64,000 nucleotides of DNA from a virus, in the IMG/VR virus record IMGVR_UViG_3300031521_000015; one strand, 5' to 3'. Each line of letters begins with the position of its first letter. The first letter of the stretch is position 1. The notes below the pieces were generated by a model. The model was not told the origin of the DNA. It saw only the letters and a list, made by a program, of their open reading frames with translations, and did no database searches. The translations under genes and the position numbers were made by a program. Below, in pieces: positions 10,661 through 20,923 of the stretch.

Positions 10661-10745
10661 ATTATGTTCAAATTTATTTTCATGGTGCTTTCAAAGATTG
10701 AAGGTAACTAAAAATAAAATATATGATGAAAGAAGGAATATTATA

Positions 10746-11576
10746 ATGAAAAATCAATTAACAATCAATGGAGAACAAAATTTTATGGGAGTTAACATTC
10801 CTATAATTGAAGGTGGATTTGGAGAAAATCAAAAAGTAATGCTAGCTAAGACAATATCAGAAATTCATGGAGTTAGAAATAATGATATACAAGATTTAAT
10901 AACTCAAAATATTGAAGAATTTGAAATAGGTATAGATTTACTTGATTTATGTGATGAAAATTTTAAAACCGAAGCTGTCGGTTTAGGCTTTATTACTAGT
11001 AACAGACAAAAATATTGCTATTTATTATCTGAACAAGGGTATATGTTATTAACTGGATTTATGAAAACAGAAAAAGCTAAAGATATTAGAAAGCAATTAA
11101 GAAGAGAATATTTTGCCATGAGACAAATTATAAATTCAGATGAACAATTAAAGGCAAATTTATTATTATCAATATACCAAGGTGGACAAGAAGGAATATT
11201 AGCATCAAAACAACTTACTGAATTAGAAGTTAAAGAAGCAGTTGCACCATTACAGAAAGAATTAGAAGAAAATAAGCCTATGGTTGAATTTGCCACACAA
11301 GTAAGCGAATCTGCTAATTCTATAACTATGGCACAATTTGCAAAAGTAATTAAGGATGAAAAAATAAATATTGGAAGAAATAAATTGTTTGAGTGGTTCA
11401 GAGATAATGGATATCTAAGATACAATAATGAACCTTATCAAAAATATATGGATTATTTTGAAGTAAAAGAGAATACATATAAAACTCCTTATGGAACTAA
11501 GACAAGTATTCAAAGCCTTGTAAATGGTAAAGGTCAAATTTACTTTGTTGAAAAGTTAAGAAAAGAATTTTGCTAA
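10746..11576 (+). CDS. Antirepressor-like protein (ORF6N N-terminus + KilAC/ANT C-terminus)
   Basis: IEGGFGENQKVMLAKTISEIH...YLLSEQGY, then KPMVEFA...IGRNKLFEWFR...GKGQIYF. ATG 10746 follows AGAAGGA. Confidence 0.8.
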   Translation: MKNQLTINGEQNFMGVNIPIIEGGFGENQKVMLAKTISEIHGVRNNDIQDLITQNIEEFEIGIDLLDLCDENFKTEAVGLGFITSNRQKYCYLLSEQGYMLLTGFMKTEKAKDIRKQLRREYFAMRQIINSDEQLKANLLLSIYQGGQEGILASKQLTELEVKEAVAPLQKELEENKPMVEFATQVSESANSITMAQFAKVIKDEKINIGRNKLFEWFRDNGYLRYNNEPYQKYMDYFEVKENTYKTPYGTKTSIQSLVNGKGQIYFVEKLRKEFC

Positions 11577-11636
11577 TAAAACAAATTATAAAAAATGGAG
11601 GATTAATTTCCTCCTAATTTTAAGGAGAGATTTATT

Positions 11637-11819
11637 ATGAATAATCAAGAAAGAAAAGTAATGTATTTATATAATATAGATCAAGTTTCATTTTATATTA
11701 GTCAAGGATGTAAGCCAATTGATACAGGTATACACCCACAAACAAAAATGGTATGGAATAAATTTTATAAAGATGAAACTGAACAAGCTTATAACTTGTG
11801 GATGAATAGAAATAGATAA
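11637..11819 (+). CDS. Small conserved phage protein
   Basis: RBS AAGGAG; GIHPQTKMVWNKF motif. Confidence 0.6.
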   Translation: MNNQERKVMYLYNIDQVSFYISQGCKPIDTGIHPQTKMVWNKFYKDETEQAYNLWMNRNR

Positions 11820-11853
11820 ATAAAATATTATGATGAAAGAAGGAATTTAATTT

Positions 11854-12750
11854 ATGATGAAAGAAAAATTCACTAAGATACCTAACGACTTTATTAAAGG
11901 AGACTTTGATTTGAACTCAAAAGAATTAACAATAGCAACAATATTATTAATGACTAGGAACGGAAAAGATGTGTGTATATTTACACTAAAATGGTTATAT
12001 GACATATTAAACATAGGTGCTAAAAACACATATAGTCAGAATGAAGTTAAAAAGATACTAAAGATGTTTGGAGATGAAGAATTGTTCTTCTATCATGACA
12101 ATATATTTTTAGATAATGAGGAAATTGTGGATATTGATTCTATAAGTAAAACAGATTTAATATTTGCTGAATTATATCATGATATGACTGATAGTTTTAC
12201 AATGCTTATTGATAATGACATAAAACAAATTATAAAATATAGTAATGAAAATAAAATAGATACATATTCGCTATTGAGTACATATACATATATTTGTAGT
12301 TGTATAAACAATAATGAACAATGTGAAGATTACTTACTATGCTTCCCGTCACTACTTAATATATCTGATAGTGTGAATATAGCAGAAAAGACAGTATTGA
12401 AATATATAAATATCCTCAAAGACTTAGATATATTCATATTTGATTATGCAGGTTATAAGGTATTAGCTGATGGAAAAGTAAAGAACGGTAAGATGTTCTA
12501 TACAAGAGTAGGGAATGAAGAAATACTCTTACAAAGACTACAAAAAGAAAGACAAGAACATGGATATTACAATATAAGTAGAAGACTAAAAGATAAGGGT
12601 AATCTCAAAAGATCATTGAAACAAAAAATAAATGACTTAGAAAAGAAAGCTAGTATTAATCCTATAGAGATAGAAGAACTAAAATTAATAAAAGAAGAAT
12701 ATAAAGAACTAAACTCTGAAGAAAAAGAGAAAAACTCCAGTGAGCTTTAG
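11854..12750 (+). CDS. Rep-like / winged-HTH DNA-binding protein
   Basis: FTKIPN start and CFPSLLNISDSVNIAEKTVLKYINILKD HTH typical of phage replication-initiator-like proteins. Confidence 0.5.
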   Translation: MMKEKFTKIPNDFIKGDFDLNSKELTIATILLMTRNGKDVCIFTLKWLYDILNIGAKNTYSQNEVKKILKMFGDEELFFYHDNIFLDNEEIVDIDSISKTDLIFAELYHDMTDSFTMLIDNDIKQIIKYSNENKIDTYSLLSTYTYICSCINNNEQCEDYLLCFPSLLNISDSVNIAEKTVLKYINILKDLDIFIFDYAGYKVLADGKVKNGKMFYTRVGNEEILLQRLQKERQEHGYYNISRRLKDKGNLKRSLKQKINDLEKKASINPIEIEELKLIKEEYKELNSEEKEKNSSEL

Positions 12751-12992
12751 CGAAACTGTAAATTCATCTTCTTATTAGTCTTTCTTCTTCTTAGTATATC
12801 TTGTTAGTTAGTCTTATTGTTACACTTTACTGGGTTATGAATTTAGTATAACAATTGAAACGTTGATTTATGAAAATAGCTTTATCTTGAAATGTCAATT
12901 TATGCTTTTAGTATAACAACTCAATTCTCTATTTATACTATTTTCATAAATTGAAGGTTAGAGACAAAATAAATTAAATAAGGGGCATTTAA

Positions 12993-13295
12993 ATGAGTGG
13001 AGTATATATTTTAAAGAATGAAAACCAAAGTTTAAATAATAAATTATACATAAAAATTGGCTGTAGCAAAAATATAGAAAAGAGAATAAATCAAATAAAG
13101 AGTTCATTTAAGTTCAATGGTAATTTAGATAAACTTTCTTTATATAGAATTATAGAGTGTAAATCTTATTTAAAGCTTGAGAAAATAATCCATCAAATAA
13201 TGTCTAGTCGGAAAGTGACTAATGAATGGTTTCTTACTGAGGAAAGTTTCTTGTTGAATAGATTAGGAATGATTGATTTAGAAAGATACAATTGA
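12993..13295 (+). CDS. GIY-YIG superfamily (T5orf172/MUG113-like) protein
   Basis: GVYIL...IKIGCSKNIEKRI...LEKIIH...NEWF. Confidence 0.75.
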   Translation: MSGVYILKNENQSLNNKLYIKIGCSKNIEKRINQIKSSFKFNGNLDKLSLYRIIECKSYLKLEKIIHQIMSSRKVTNEWFLTEESFLLNRLGMIDLERYN

Positions 13296-13313
13296 AATGA
13301 AATATACAAAATG

Positions 13314-13349
13314 ATAGAGATTAGAAAATAAAATTCTAGTCTCTATTTA
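13314..13349 (+). terminator. Terminator hairpin
   Basis: ATAGAGATTAGAA/TTCTAGTCTCTAT. Confidence 0.55.
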
Positions 13350-13561
13350 TCAAATAACAATCAATATTAATATAAAACATTTGTTTTGTGTAAAGTTCCA
13401 ATCTTTGTAAGTAAGTGATAGCCTTATTCTTAAATCTGAATTATTTTACTAAAGTCTATTAAACAGTTAATTATTAATAGATTTTTAAAGATAATTTTGT
13501 GAATATGATACGTAGATACTCATGGAATTAAAAATCATAAAACATGAAAGGGGAGATATAA

Positions 13562-14776
13562 ATGGCGACAGTAACTACAATTACAGAATGTCAAACTAAT
13601 ACAGGTTTGATTTGTCTTAATAACGGAACAAGTTCTATCTCTATCCAAGAAAACTTTCCTATTTTCGATAGTAATTTTCCTGTAGATTACTTAGTGGATT
13701 TACTGATTACATCTATGAATGGTTTTACTTCAGGAGAAACAATAGAAGTATTAATTGATAATGTATCATTAGGTTCATTTTCAGTAGGAACTACACCAGA
13801 CAAAGCTATTTGGCTTAGTGAATTAATCGGATTGACTTCAAGAGAGATATTAAGTAGTAAACCAATTACTCAAAATATTGAATTGAAATTCTCGTCTAAT
13901 AAATTATTAAAGTTTATATTAGTTTCAGCTAAAGCAAGTGATTATGTTAGTGCAATTACAACTTACAATAATATATTAACTATTAGTAATAATTATGTTT
14001 TGGCAGAAACAGAAATACAATCAAGAGACGAGTCAAGTGTTGGAGCTATAGCCGACGCAGTATCTAATAGTAAAACAGAAATCACAGGAAATAATACAAA
14101 TGTAATAACAATTAAAAATACATTTCCTATTTGGGGAACTGCTTTACCTAAAGCATTTGTTATAGATAATTTAATAATATTCTCAAAGCTACTACCTATG
14201 AACACAGAGATATATATCAAAAAAGATGGAATTCCAATAAAGACATATAAAACCACTACAAACTTAAAATGTACATATTTAAGTGATATATTAGGGGTTT
14301 CTAAAGAACTATTATACACAAAAGTAAATGAAGAATATGAACTAAATTTCGTTTATCCACAATTTATAAATAACCAAATATTAACAGGGGAATTAACAGA
14401 TTTTTCTGTTGCATCTGTAATGGCTACACAATTACAACAAAATATTTTTGAATTATCAAATTCTCATACACTTGATGATGCACCTGTAAATACTAACGAT
14501 TGTAATTTTATAGTTACATATGATAGTTATGATAGAAGTATAAAGAGTGCAGAATTACAACTCAATAATCAACAAAGTATTACCTTATCATTTTTAACTG
14601 ATAATTCAGAAAGTTCTCCTATTCCATTAGTTAAATTATCAAATTTGGATAATTTATATAACACAGAAATTTCACTAGTAATGGACGGACAAGCAATACA
14701 AGATTATTTAACAATAATTAGAGATTTTGCAAGAAAAAGAAATGAATTAGAATATCAATATAAAACTAATAAGTAG
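13562..14776 (+). CDS. Hypothetical structural protein with internal domain duplication
   Basis: ISIQENFPIF...LVDLLI...IWLSELIG repeated as ITIKNTFPIW...VIDNLI...TYLSDILG. Confidence 0.6.
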   Translation: MATVTTITECQTNTGLICLNNGTSSISIQENFPIFDSNFPVDYLVDLLITSMNGFTSGETIEVLIDNVSLGSFSVGTTPDKAIWLSELIGLTSREILSSKPITQNIELKFSSNKLLKFILVSAKASDYVSAITTYNNILTISNNYVLAETEIQSRDESSVGAIADAVSNSKTEITGNNTNVITIKNTFPIWGTALPKAFVIDNLIIFSKLLPMNTEIYIKKDGIPIKTYKTTTNLKCTYLSDILGVSKELLYTKVNEEYELNFVYPQFINNQILTGELTDFSVASVMATQLQQNIFELSNSHTLDDAPVNTNDCNFIVTYDSYDRSIKSAELQLNNQQSITLSFLTDNSESSPIPLVKLSNLDNLYNTEISLVMDGQAIQDYLTIIRDFARKRNELEYQYKTNK

Positions 14777-14784
14777 GTGATATT

Positions 14785-15678
14785 ATGAGCTTTAAAATGA
14801 TGTCTTCAGGAGGTGTGTCTAGGTCAAATAATCTTCCAAAACAAGGTGATTATCATGGACAGATATTAGAATATTTAAAAGATAATACAAACAATCCTGA
14901 ATTATATTCTTGGAATGAGTTACGGAAGAAATGGATTCCAATAAGTGGTGGTGGAGGAAATGTAACTTATCAGAACTCAAATCCTATGTCAATTGCTGTT
15001 GGTGGATTTTCAGTAGGAACAAATTTTGTGGAAGAAAAAACAATTCAAGAGATGTTAGATGGTTTATTATACCCGTATATTGCACCGACTGCAAACTTAG
15101 GAACTACAGTTTCAACAATACAAGAACTAGGTACAAATTTGGCTAGTATTCAATTAAATGCAACAATGACTAAAAAATCTAATGATATTACAAAGATAGA
15201 ATATTATAAGAATGGAAGTTTAGTTAATTCAAAAGATAATCCTTCTTTAAGTGAAAGTTATGTTGATTCTACGGGAATAAATAGTAATACAACTTATATG
15301 ATAAAGGTCTATGATAGTAAGCCAAATACGGTTTCAAGTAATTTAAGTTTTAACTATATTTATCCAATGTACATAGGTAATGTTGATGTAATAAATCCTA
15401 CTGAAGCAGATGTGAAAGGTATGATTAAAAAATTAGTAACAAAAGCAAGTCAAAGTTTATCTTATAATATTTCAAATAGTAGATTTTGTTTCGTATTTCC
15501 AACCTCATATGGTAGTTTGACTTCAATCAAAGATCCTAATAATTTTGAAATGTTATCAGCTTTTACAAAAACAACTTCAAATTTTACAATGCTTGATGGA
15601 AAATCAATACCTTATAACATATACACCTTGAGTATGCCTACAAGTCAAACGAGTTTTACAATAACTTATATATTCTAA
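14785..15678 (+). CDS. Phage fibre/structural protein
   Basis: GGGGNVTYQNSNPMSIAVGG...TIQEMLDGLLYPYIAP motif, then an Ig-like domain; motif partly shared with the next gene. Confidence 0.65.
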   Translation: MSFKMMSSGGVSRSNNLPKQGDYHGQILEYLKDNTNNPELYSWNELRKKWIPISGGGGNVTYQNSNPMSIAVGGFSVGTNFVEEKTIQEMLDGLLYPYIAPTANLGTTVSTIQELGTNLASIQLNATMTKKSNDITKIEYYKNGSLVNSKDNPSLSESYVDSTGINSNTTYMIKVYDSKPNTVSSNLSFNYIYPMYIGNVDVINPTEADVKGMIKKLVTKASQSLSYNISNSRFCFVFPTSYGSLTSIKDPNNFEMLSAFTKTTSNFTMLDGKSIPYNIYTLSMPTSQTSFTITYIF

Positions 15679-15698
15679 TAGAAAGGATGTGAAAATAT

Positions 15699-18600
15699 AT
15701 GGCAAGTGGAATTCCAATAGCGAGTGGGTTTTTATTAGGTTCACAACAACCAGTCGATTTACGTACAGTGGTTGATACATATGCTGATTTACAAGCTATG
15801 CCAATAATTCAAAGACATCTTGGTTTATTAGTATATGTAACTAATGATAAACAATATTATTATATAAAAGATGATTTAAATATATGGGAAATATTTAATG
15901 GTGGTTCAGGAGGCAGTGGTGGAAGTATTTTGTACACAAATCAAGAACCTTCAACAATTGCTGTAGGTGGAGTAAATATCGGATTCAAGCCGAAACCAAC
16001 AGGAATTCCTTTGGAAAAGTTAGCTTATCTTATGCTTCATGCAGGTAGTACAGACATAGTTAAATCACCAGTTTTAGTACAATCAACTTATGATGGACAA
16101 TCTAATATACCAGTAGATTTAGAATATATAGCGTTTGATATAACTAATGATATAAATACAGTATTAAAAGATATAACAAAAGTTACTTCTAATCCAAGTG
16201 GTGCAATAAAAGATGTTACATTGGTGGGAACGAAATTATATGTTTATTTAAATCCTCTTAACACAGGTACAATTTATGATGTGAAACTAGATTTGGGAGT
16301 GATTTTGAATGAAGGCGATGATGAAACGTCGTTTGGAGAAGCACAGAATGATTTAGCATTAATTTGCTCATTTGAAACTGCTTGGCTTAGTTATCCAATT
16401 TCACCAACAGTTTTACCTTCATCAATGGATGGTGTAATTGACCAACCTTTATCTTTAAGTGAGATAACTTTTGATGTTAATGATACCTTTAATTTAACTT
16501 TAGATAGTGTAAGTTCCGTAATATCAAGTCCAACAAATATAATTAATACTGTGACATTAGTTGGCAACACAATTCATGTAGGATTACATAACCTAGCTAA
16601 TTTAACAAATTATACAGTAACAGTAAATCCAAATACTGTAGAAAATAACGGAGATAATATTATAACAGCTAGAACATCTCCAAATACAAATACAGTATCA
16701 TGTACATTTAAAACAATAGCACCTGATATTAGTAAACCAGTAATATTGCAATCATCAATGAATGGTTTAACAGAACAAAATATATATACTACGGAAATTA
16801 CGTTCCCTGTTTCAAATGCTATTGCAATGACATTAAAAGATGGAACACAAGCAACTATATCAAGTAGTGGAGTAAGTGCAACTATTGGTACTGCTACTTT
16901 AGATGGTTTAAATGTATTACATATTCCAATTTTGACTAGTAAACTAGAGTATTCAACTACTTATACAATTTCAATATTAGCGAATATAGTTGAAAATCAT
17001 GGCGATGGAATTAATAATTTAAATAGTGCTACAAATACAAATAGTGTGACAACTAGTTTTTCGACCACTACAAAGCCGAAGCCCCAAAATCCAATTATAA
17101 ATCAATCTGCAATCAACAATACAAATGTAGTTTCAGTAAATTTAAGTGAGATAACTTTCCAAATTTCTAACGATTTTAATTTATCTTTAGCTGATGCTAC
17201 TAAAATTACATGTAATAAAACAGGAGTAATAGGGACACCAACTTTAAATTTAGCCACTAAAACAATTCATATTCCAATAATATCGACTTTGGCTTATTAT
17301 ACATCTTATACCATAACACTTCAAAGTGGGTTAATAGTTAATAATGGTGACAATGTTGATACTTTCGGTACAAGTCCTAATGCAAGTATAAGTGCAAGTT
17401 TTATAACTGAGCCTACATTAGTTACTCCACCAATAGTACAAAATTCTAGTATTAATGGTTTAAGTAATCAATCAAGAACTTTGACAGAAGTTGTATTTCC
17501 TATTAGTAATTTTATTGGTACAACAATTAAAGATAGTACAAAAATAACTTGTGATCATGCTGTAATAGGTACACCAACTATAAGTGGAAGTGCTATACAT
17601 ATTCCTATTGTAACTACTTTAGATTTTTTAACAACCTATAGTATATCAATAAATGCTAGTGCAATTCAAAATAATGGAGATGGAATTTCTGCTTTAAGTA
17701 ATAATCCTAATACAAATAGTGTGACTTGTACATTTACAACTATAGATAGACCTGTTGTGTCTGCACCTACAATATTACAAAGTAATCTTAATAACGCAAC
17801 AAATCAATTAACAACATTGAGTGAAATTACGTTTGATGTTTCTAATGCTATTGGTTTGACACTTGTGAATGGATTAAAAGTAACAAGTAATCCAAGCGGA
17901 ATTATAGGAACAGCTACTTTAATAGGTAATGCAATTCATGTGCCTTTGAGTGGATTGAATACAGGTACAACCTATACAGTAAGTATATTGGCTGGAATTG
18001 TTCAAAATAATGGTGATAATATTACAACTAGTGGAAGTACGTTAAATAGTAATACAATAACAGCAACTTTTAAAACAAAAGCAGGAAATGTAAGTCAGCC
18101 TATTGTACAACAGAGTAGTAGCAATGGTTTAACCAATCAACAAATTACATTGAGTGAAATTACTTTCGGAGTTTCAAATGCAATAGGTACAACTTTAAAA
18201 GATGGTAGTAGAGTAAGTATTAGTCCTAGTGGAACTGTTGGAATAGCTACTTTATCATCAAATACATTACATATACCTTTGAGTAATATAACATACTCCA
18301 CTACCTACTCTGTAAGTGTGTTAGATGGAATTGTTACTAACAATGGTGATGGAATTAACAGTAGTGGTACAGCAGATAATACAAATACTGTAACTGCTAG
18401 TTTTACAACAAGAGCAATATTATCTGCACCTAGTTTAACAGCTTCAACATCTACTAGTTATCCTGAGAATACTACACAAATAATTTATACAATTAATCAA
18501 AGTAGTTGTACTTTATTAGATACTAGTAAAATAGTTGTAACAGGTGCAAATAAAGGAACAGTAAGTATTAGTGGAAATCAATTAATAATTCCTATTGGTG

Positions 18601-19052
18601 GAATGGTTAGTGGAAATACTGTTACAGTGAATATTAGTAGTGGTGCAATTGCTAATAGTGATGGAGTAAGTAATGGTGCATTGAGTGATTATACATTTAG
18701 CATAACCGATGCCTCCATTGCATTACCTGCACATGACTTTGAATTAACAATTCCATGGTCTGTTGGAATAATGAGTCTGAATTTGATTTCTGTAACAGGT
18801 TATAGTCCTTCAAACGTATTAAATGCAACAAATTATACTACGCAAAAAATACAAGTTTACTTTGTTGGAGTAAAAGCTGATTTAGATAGTGGCATCCCAG
18901 AAAAAAATGAAAGAATACCCATGAGAGATTATGAAAGTAGTGCAACTAATAATACCTACGTAGGCAAGTGGTATATGTCATCACTTAATGTTATAAAATT
19001 TTTGTCAGCACCTTTAACTGATATAAAGATTAAAATAATAAAATTAATTTAG
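15699..19052 (+). CDS. Long fibre/adhesin with about 7-8 tandem ~112-aa Ig-like repeats
   Basis: N-terminus GIPIASGFLL..QQPVDLR; repeats P.I.QSS.NG...LSEITF.VSN...IHIP...Y.V.I...NNGD.I; no signal peptide. Confidence 0.75.
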   Translation: MASGIPIASGFLLGSQQPVDLRTVVDTYADLQAMPIIQRHLGLLVYVTNDKQYYYIKDDLNIWEIFNGGSGGSGGSILYTNQEPSTIAVGGVNIGFKPKPTGIPLEKLAYLMLHAGSTDIVKSPVLVQSTYDGQSNIPVDLEYIAFDITNDINTVLKDITKVTSNPSGAIKDVTLVGTKLYVYLNPLNTGTIYDVKLDLGVILNEGDDETSFGEAQNDLALICSFETAWLSYPISPTVLPSSMDGVIDQPLSLSEITFDVNDTFNLTLDSVSSVISSPTNIINTVTLVGNTIHVGLHNLANLTNYTVTVNPNTVENNGDNIITARTSPNTNTVSCTFKTIAPDISKPVILQSSMNGLTEQNIYTTEITFPVSNAIAMTLKDGTQATISSSGVSATIGTATLDGLNVLHIPILTSKLEYSTTYTISILANIVENHGDGINNLNSATNTNSVTTSFSTTTKPKPQNPIINQSAINNTNVVSVNLSEITFQISNDFNLSLADATKITCNKTGVIGTPTLNLATKTIHIPIISTLAYYTSYTITLQSGLIVNNGDNVDTFGTSPNASISASFITEPTLVTPPIVQNSSINGLSNQSRTLTEVVFPISNFIGTTIKDSTKITCDHAVIGTPTISGSAIHIPIVTTLDFLTTYSISINASAIQNNGDGISALSNNPNTNSVTCTFTTIDRPVVSAPTILQSNLNNATNQLTTLSEITFDVSNAIGLTLVNGLKVTSNPSGIIGTATLIGNAIHVPLSGLNTGTTYTVSILAGIVQNNGDNITTSGSTLNSNTITATFKTKAGNVSQPIVQQSSSNGLTNQQITLSEITFGVSNAIGTTLKDGSRVSISPSGTVGIATLSSNTLHIPLSNITYSTTYSVSVLDGIVTNNGDGINSSGTADNTNTVTASFTTRAILSAPSLTASTSTSYPENTTQIIYTINQSSCTLLDTSKIVVTGANKGTVSISGNQLIIPIGGMVSGNTVTVNISSGAIANSDGVSNGALSDYTFSITDASIALPAHDFELTIPWSVGIMSLNLISVTGYSPSNVLNATNYTTQKIQVYFVGVKADLDSGIPEKNERIPMRDYESSATNNTYVGKWYMSSLNVIKFLSAPLTDIKIKIIKLI

Positions 19053-19063
19053 GGAGGAATAAG

Positions 19064-19768
19064 ATGAGTTATGATTCAAGTACGGATTTACAACAGATAC
19101 AATCCGATATCTTAACAGAAGATACTAGTAGTAATACCTTAATGCCTTATGACTCTCTTGATTTTTTAAATAAAGCATTAAAAACAGATCAAACTAATAT
19201 AGTAGGTTCTGTTAATGATTTACAAACTTTAGTAAATGGACTATTTGATAACTTTACTAACTTTGGTAGAAAATTTAATGGAGTATTGTTAGATACTGAT
19301 TCATCTGTTGGACAAGCAAAAGTTCAAGAAATGCAAACATTATTAGGGTTTAGTACTGTTTTAGAAGCAATAGTTGAGTTAGCTAAAAGAAGTAATGATT
19401 CAACTATAGATACGCATATAACAGGTTTAGGTGGCGTATTAATTGGACAAGTTGTTTTTATAACCAATGCCAATACCGTTGCTGTTGCAGATTGTAATAA
19501 TGTAGTATGTTCAAATAAAGTTGTAGGACTAGCAATAAATACATCTTCAGAAGGTGAAAAATCTTATGTTAGAAATAAAGGCAAAATAGTAAATCCATTA
19601 TGGAAAACTAATTTTGTAACAGGTGATATAGCTTATTGTGGAAATACAGGAGAAATAACAAAGACACCAAATATGCTTTTATCAAAATTTATTCAAAAAA
19701 TAGGTGTATTTACTAATGATGATGGTGAACTATTAATTGATATTGCTGAAAGCGTAGAACTAGAATAA
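19064..19768 (+). CDS. Structural protein with C-terminal capsid-cement/decoration-like (DUF2190-like) domain
   Basis: IGQVVFI...AVAD...VVGLA...GDIAYCG.TG.IT.TP...QKIG pattern. Confidence 0.5.
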   Translation: MSYDSSTDLQQIQSDILTEDTSSNTLMPYDSLDFLNKALKTDQTNIVGSVNDLQTLVNGLFDNFTNFGRKFNGVLLDTDSSVGQAKVQEMQTLLGFSTVLEAIVELAKRSNDSTIDTHITGLGGVLIGQVVFITNANTVAVADCNNVVCSNKVVGLAINTSSEGEKSYVRNKGKIVNPLWKTNFVTGDIAYCGNTGEITKTPNMLLSKFIQKIGVFTNDDGELLIDIAESVELE

Positions 19769-19799
19769 ACAAATTAAATGATGAAAGAGAGATGATATA

Positions 19800-20333
19800 A
19801 TGTCAACACAAAAATTTATAACTATTGATAGCACAGGTAAAAAGATATTAAGAGGTGCTGTTGATACAAGTTTAGGTTCAGCAGACAGTGGAAAAATTGT
19901 AGGATTAAACGTAGACGGAAAAGTGGATATTTCTATGATTCCGACTTCCGTGGGAAAAGTAGGATGTATTTTTGCTTTATCAGAACCATTATCAGCAGGT
20001 GATTGGGTAAATGTTTTTACAGACGGAACAGATTACAAAGCAAGATTAGCTGATGTAACTGATTCAGCTAAAGTATGTCATGGTTTTACTACTGCTAATG
20101 GTATTGCTGGAGATAGTGTACTAATCATGTTTGAAGGATTGAACGATTATTTGCCAACAGTAGGACTAGTAAATGGTGCTAGTTATTTCTTAGGAACTCT
20201 TGGTAAAGCAGTTGCAACACCAGATATGACAACTGCTTCTAAATTCGTACAACCATTGGGATATTGTGTTAATACAAGTGATAGTACATTAGCAATAAGG
20301 TATGAACAAGATGAAGTTATTTATTTAGAGTAG
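19800..20333 (+). CDS. Structural protein, decoration-like domain
   Basis: DSGKIVGLNVDGKVD.SM.P...LSAGDWVNV...ARLAD...HGF...YFLGT.G...QPLG. Confidence 0.5.
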   Translation: MSTQKFITIDSTGKKILRGAVDTSLGSADSGKIVGLNVDGKVDISMIPTSVGKVGCIFALSEPLSAGDWVNVFTDGTDYKARLADVTDSAKVCHGFTTANGIAGDSVLIMFEGLNDYLPTVGLVNGASYFLGTLGKAVATPDMTTASKFVQPLGYCVNTSDSTLAIRYEQDEVIYLE

Positions 20334-20337
20334 GTGA

Positions 20338-20754
20338 ATGAATGTGAAATTTATAACTTTAAATAGTAATGGAAATAAAGTTTTAAAATCAATACCAACA
20401 AAAACAATTGTATTTCAATTCTTTGAAGTATCCGATAAGATAAAAGATCTAATAATTAGATGTCCTTATAATGGTAAGATAGTTAAAATAAGTGCAAGTA
20501 CAAATAATATAGGGACTGTAGATACACAATTAATAGTAGAAAAGATAAGTAAGGGTGATTTTAAAAATCAACTAGATACATGGTCTAGTGTGTTAAGTAG
20601 TAACTTATTTATTAGAACTGAACAAGTAGTTGATGATGGAAGTTATTTAGTCGGTTCTGATATTGTTAGTATTGGTGATTATTTTAGAGTTAATTTAATT
20701 GGTGCTAGTGACTTGAAAGGATTAAATTTAGAAATTGAAATAGAAGTGATTTAA
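20338..20754 (+). CDS. Small structural protein
   Basis: Shares N-terminal KFIT(I/L)..GKK.L peptide with 19800..20333; beta-rich RCPYNGKI domain. Confidence 0.55.
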   Translation: MNVKFITLNSNGNKVLKSIPTKTIVFQFFEVSDKIKDLIIRCPYNGKIVKISASTNNIGTVDTQLIVEKISKGDFKNQLDTWSSVLSSNLFIRTEQVVDDGSYLVGSDIVSIGDYFRVNLIGASDLKGLNLEIEIEVI

Positions 20755-20777
20755 ATAATAAATTAATATAAAATTAT

Positions 20778-20898
20778 TTGACAATATCTCTCAAAAGGAG
20801 TATATTTATAGTAGGGGATAGCAAGGAGTAATTAACCATGTCAATAAGAGTATTATCCTAGATACTCTTCCCTTTTTACATATATAATGCTAGGATAA
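20778..20898 (+). promoter_or_regulatory. Sigma-A promoter plus structured 5' leader (possible pseudoknot)
   Basis: TTGACA-17-TATATT (20778-20806); hairpin 20846-20869 whose loop is complementary to CTAGGATAA (20890-20898). Confidence 0.55.
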
Positions 20899-20923
20899 CA
20901 AATTAAATTATTATAGGAGATGA

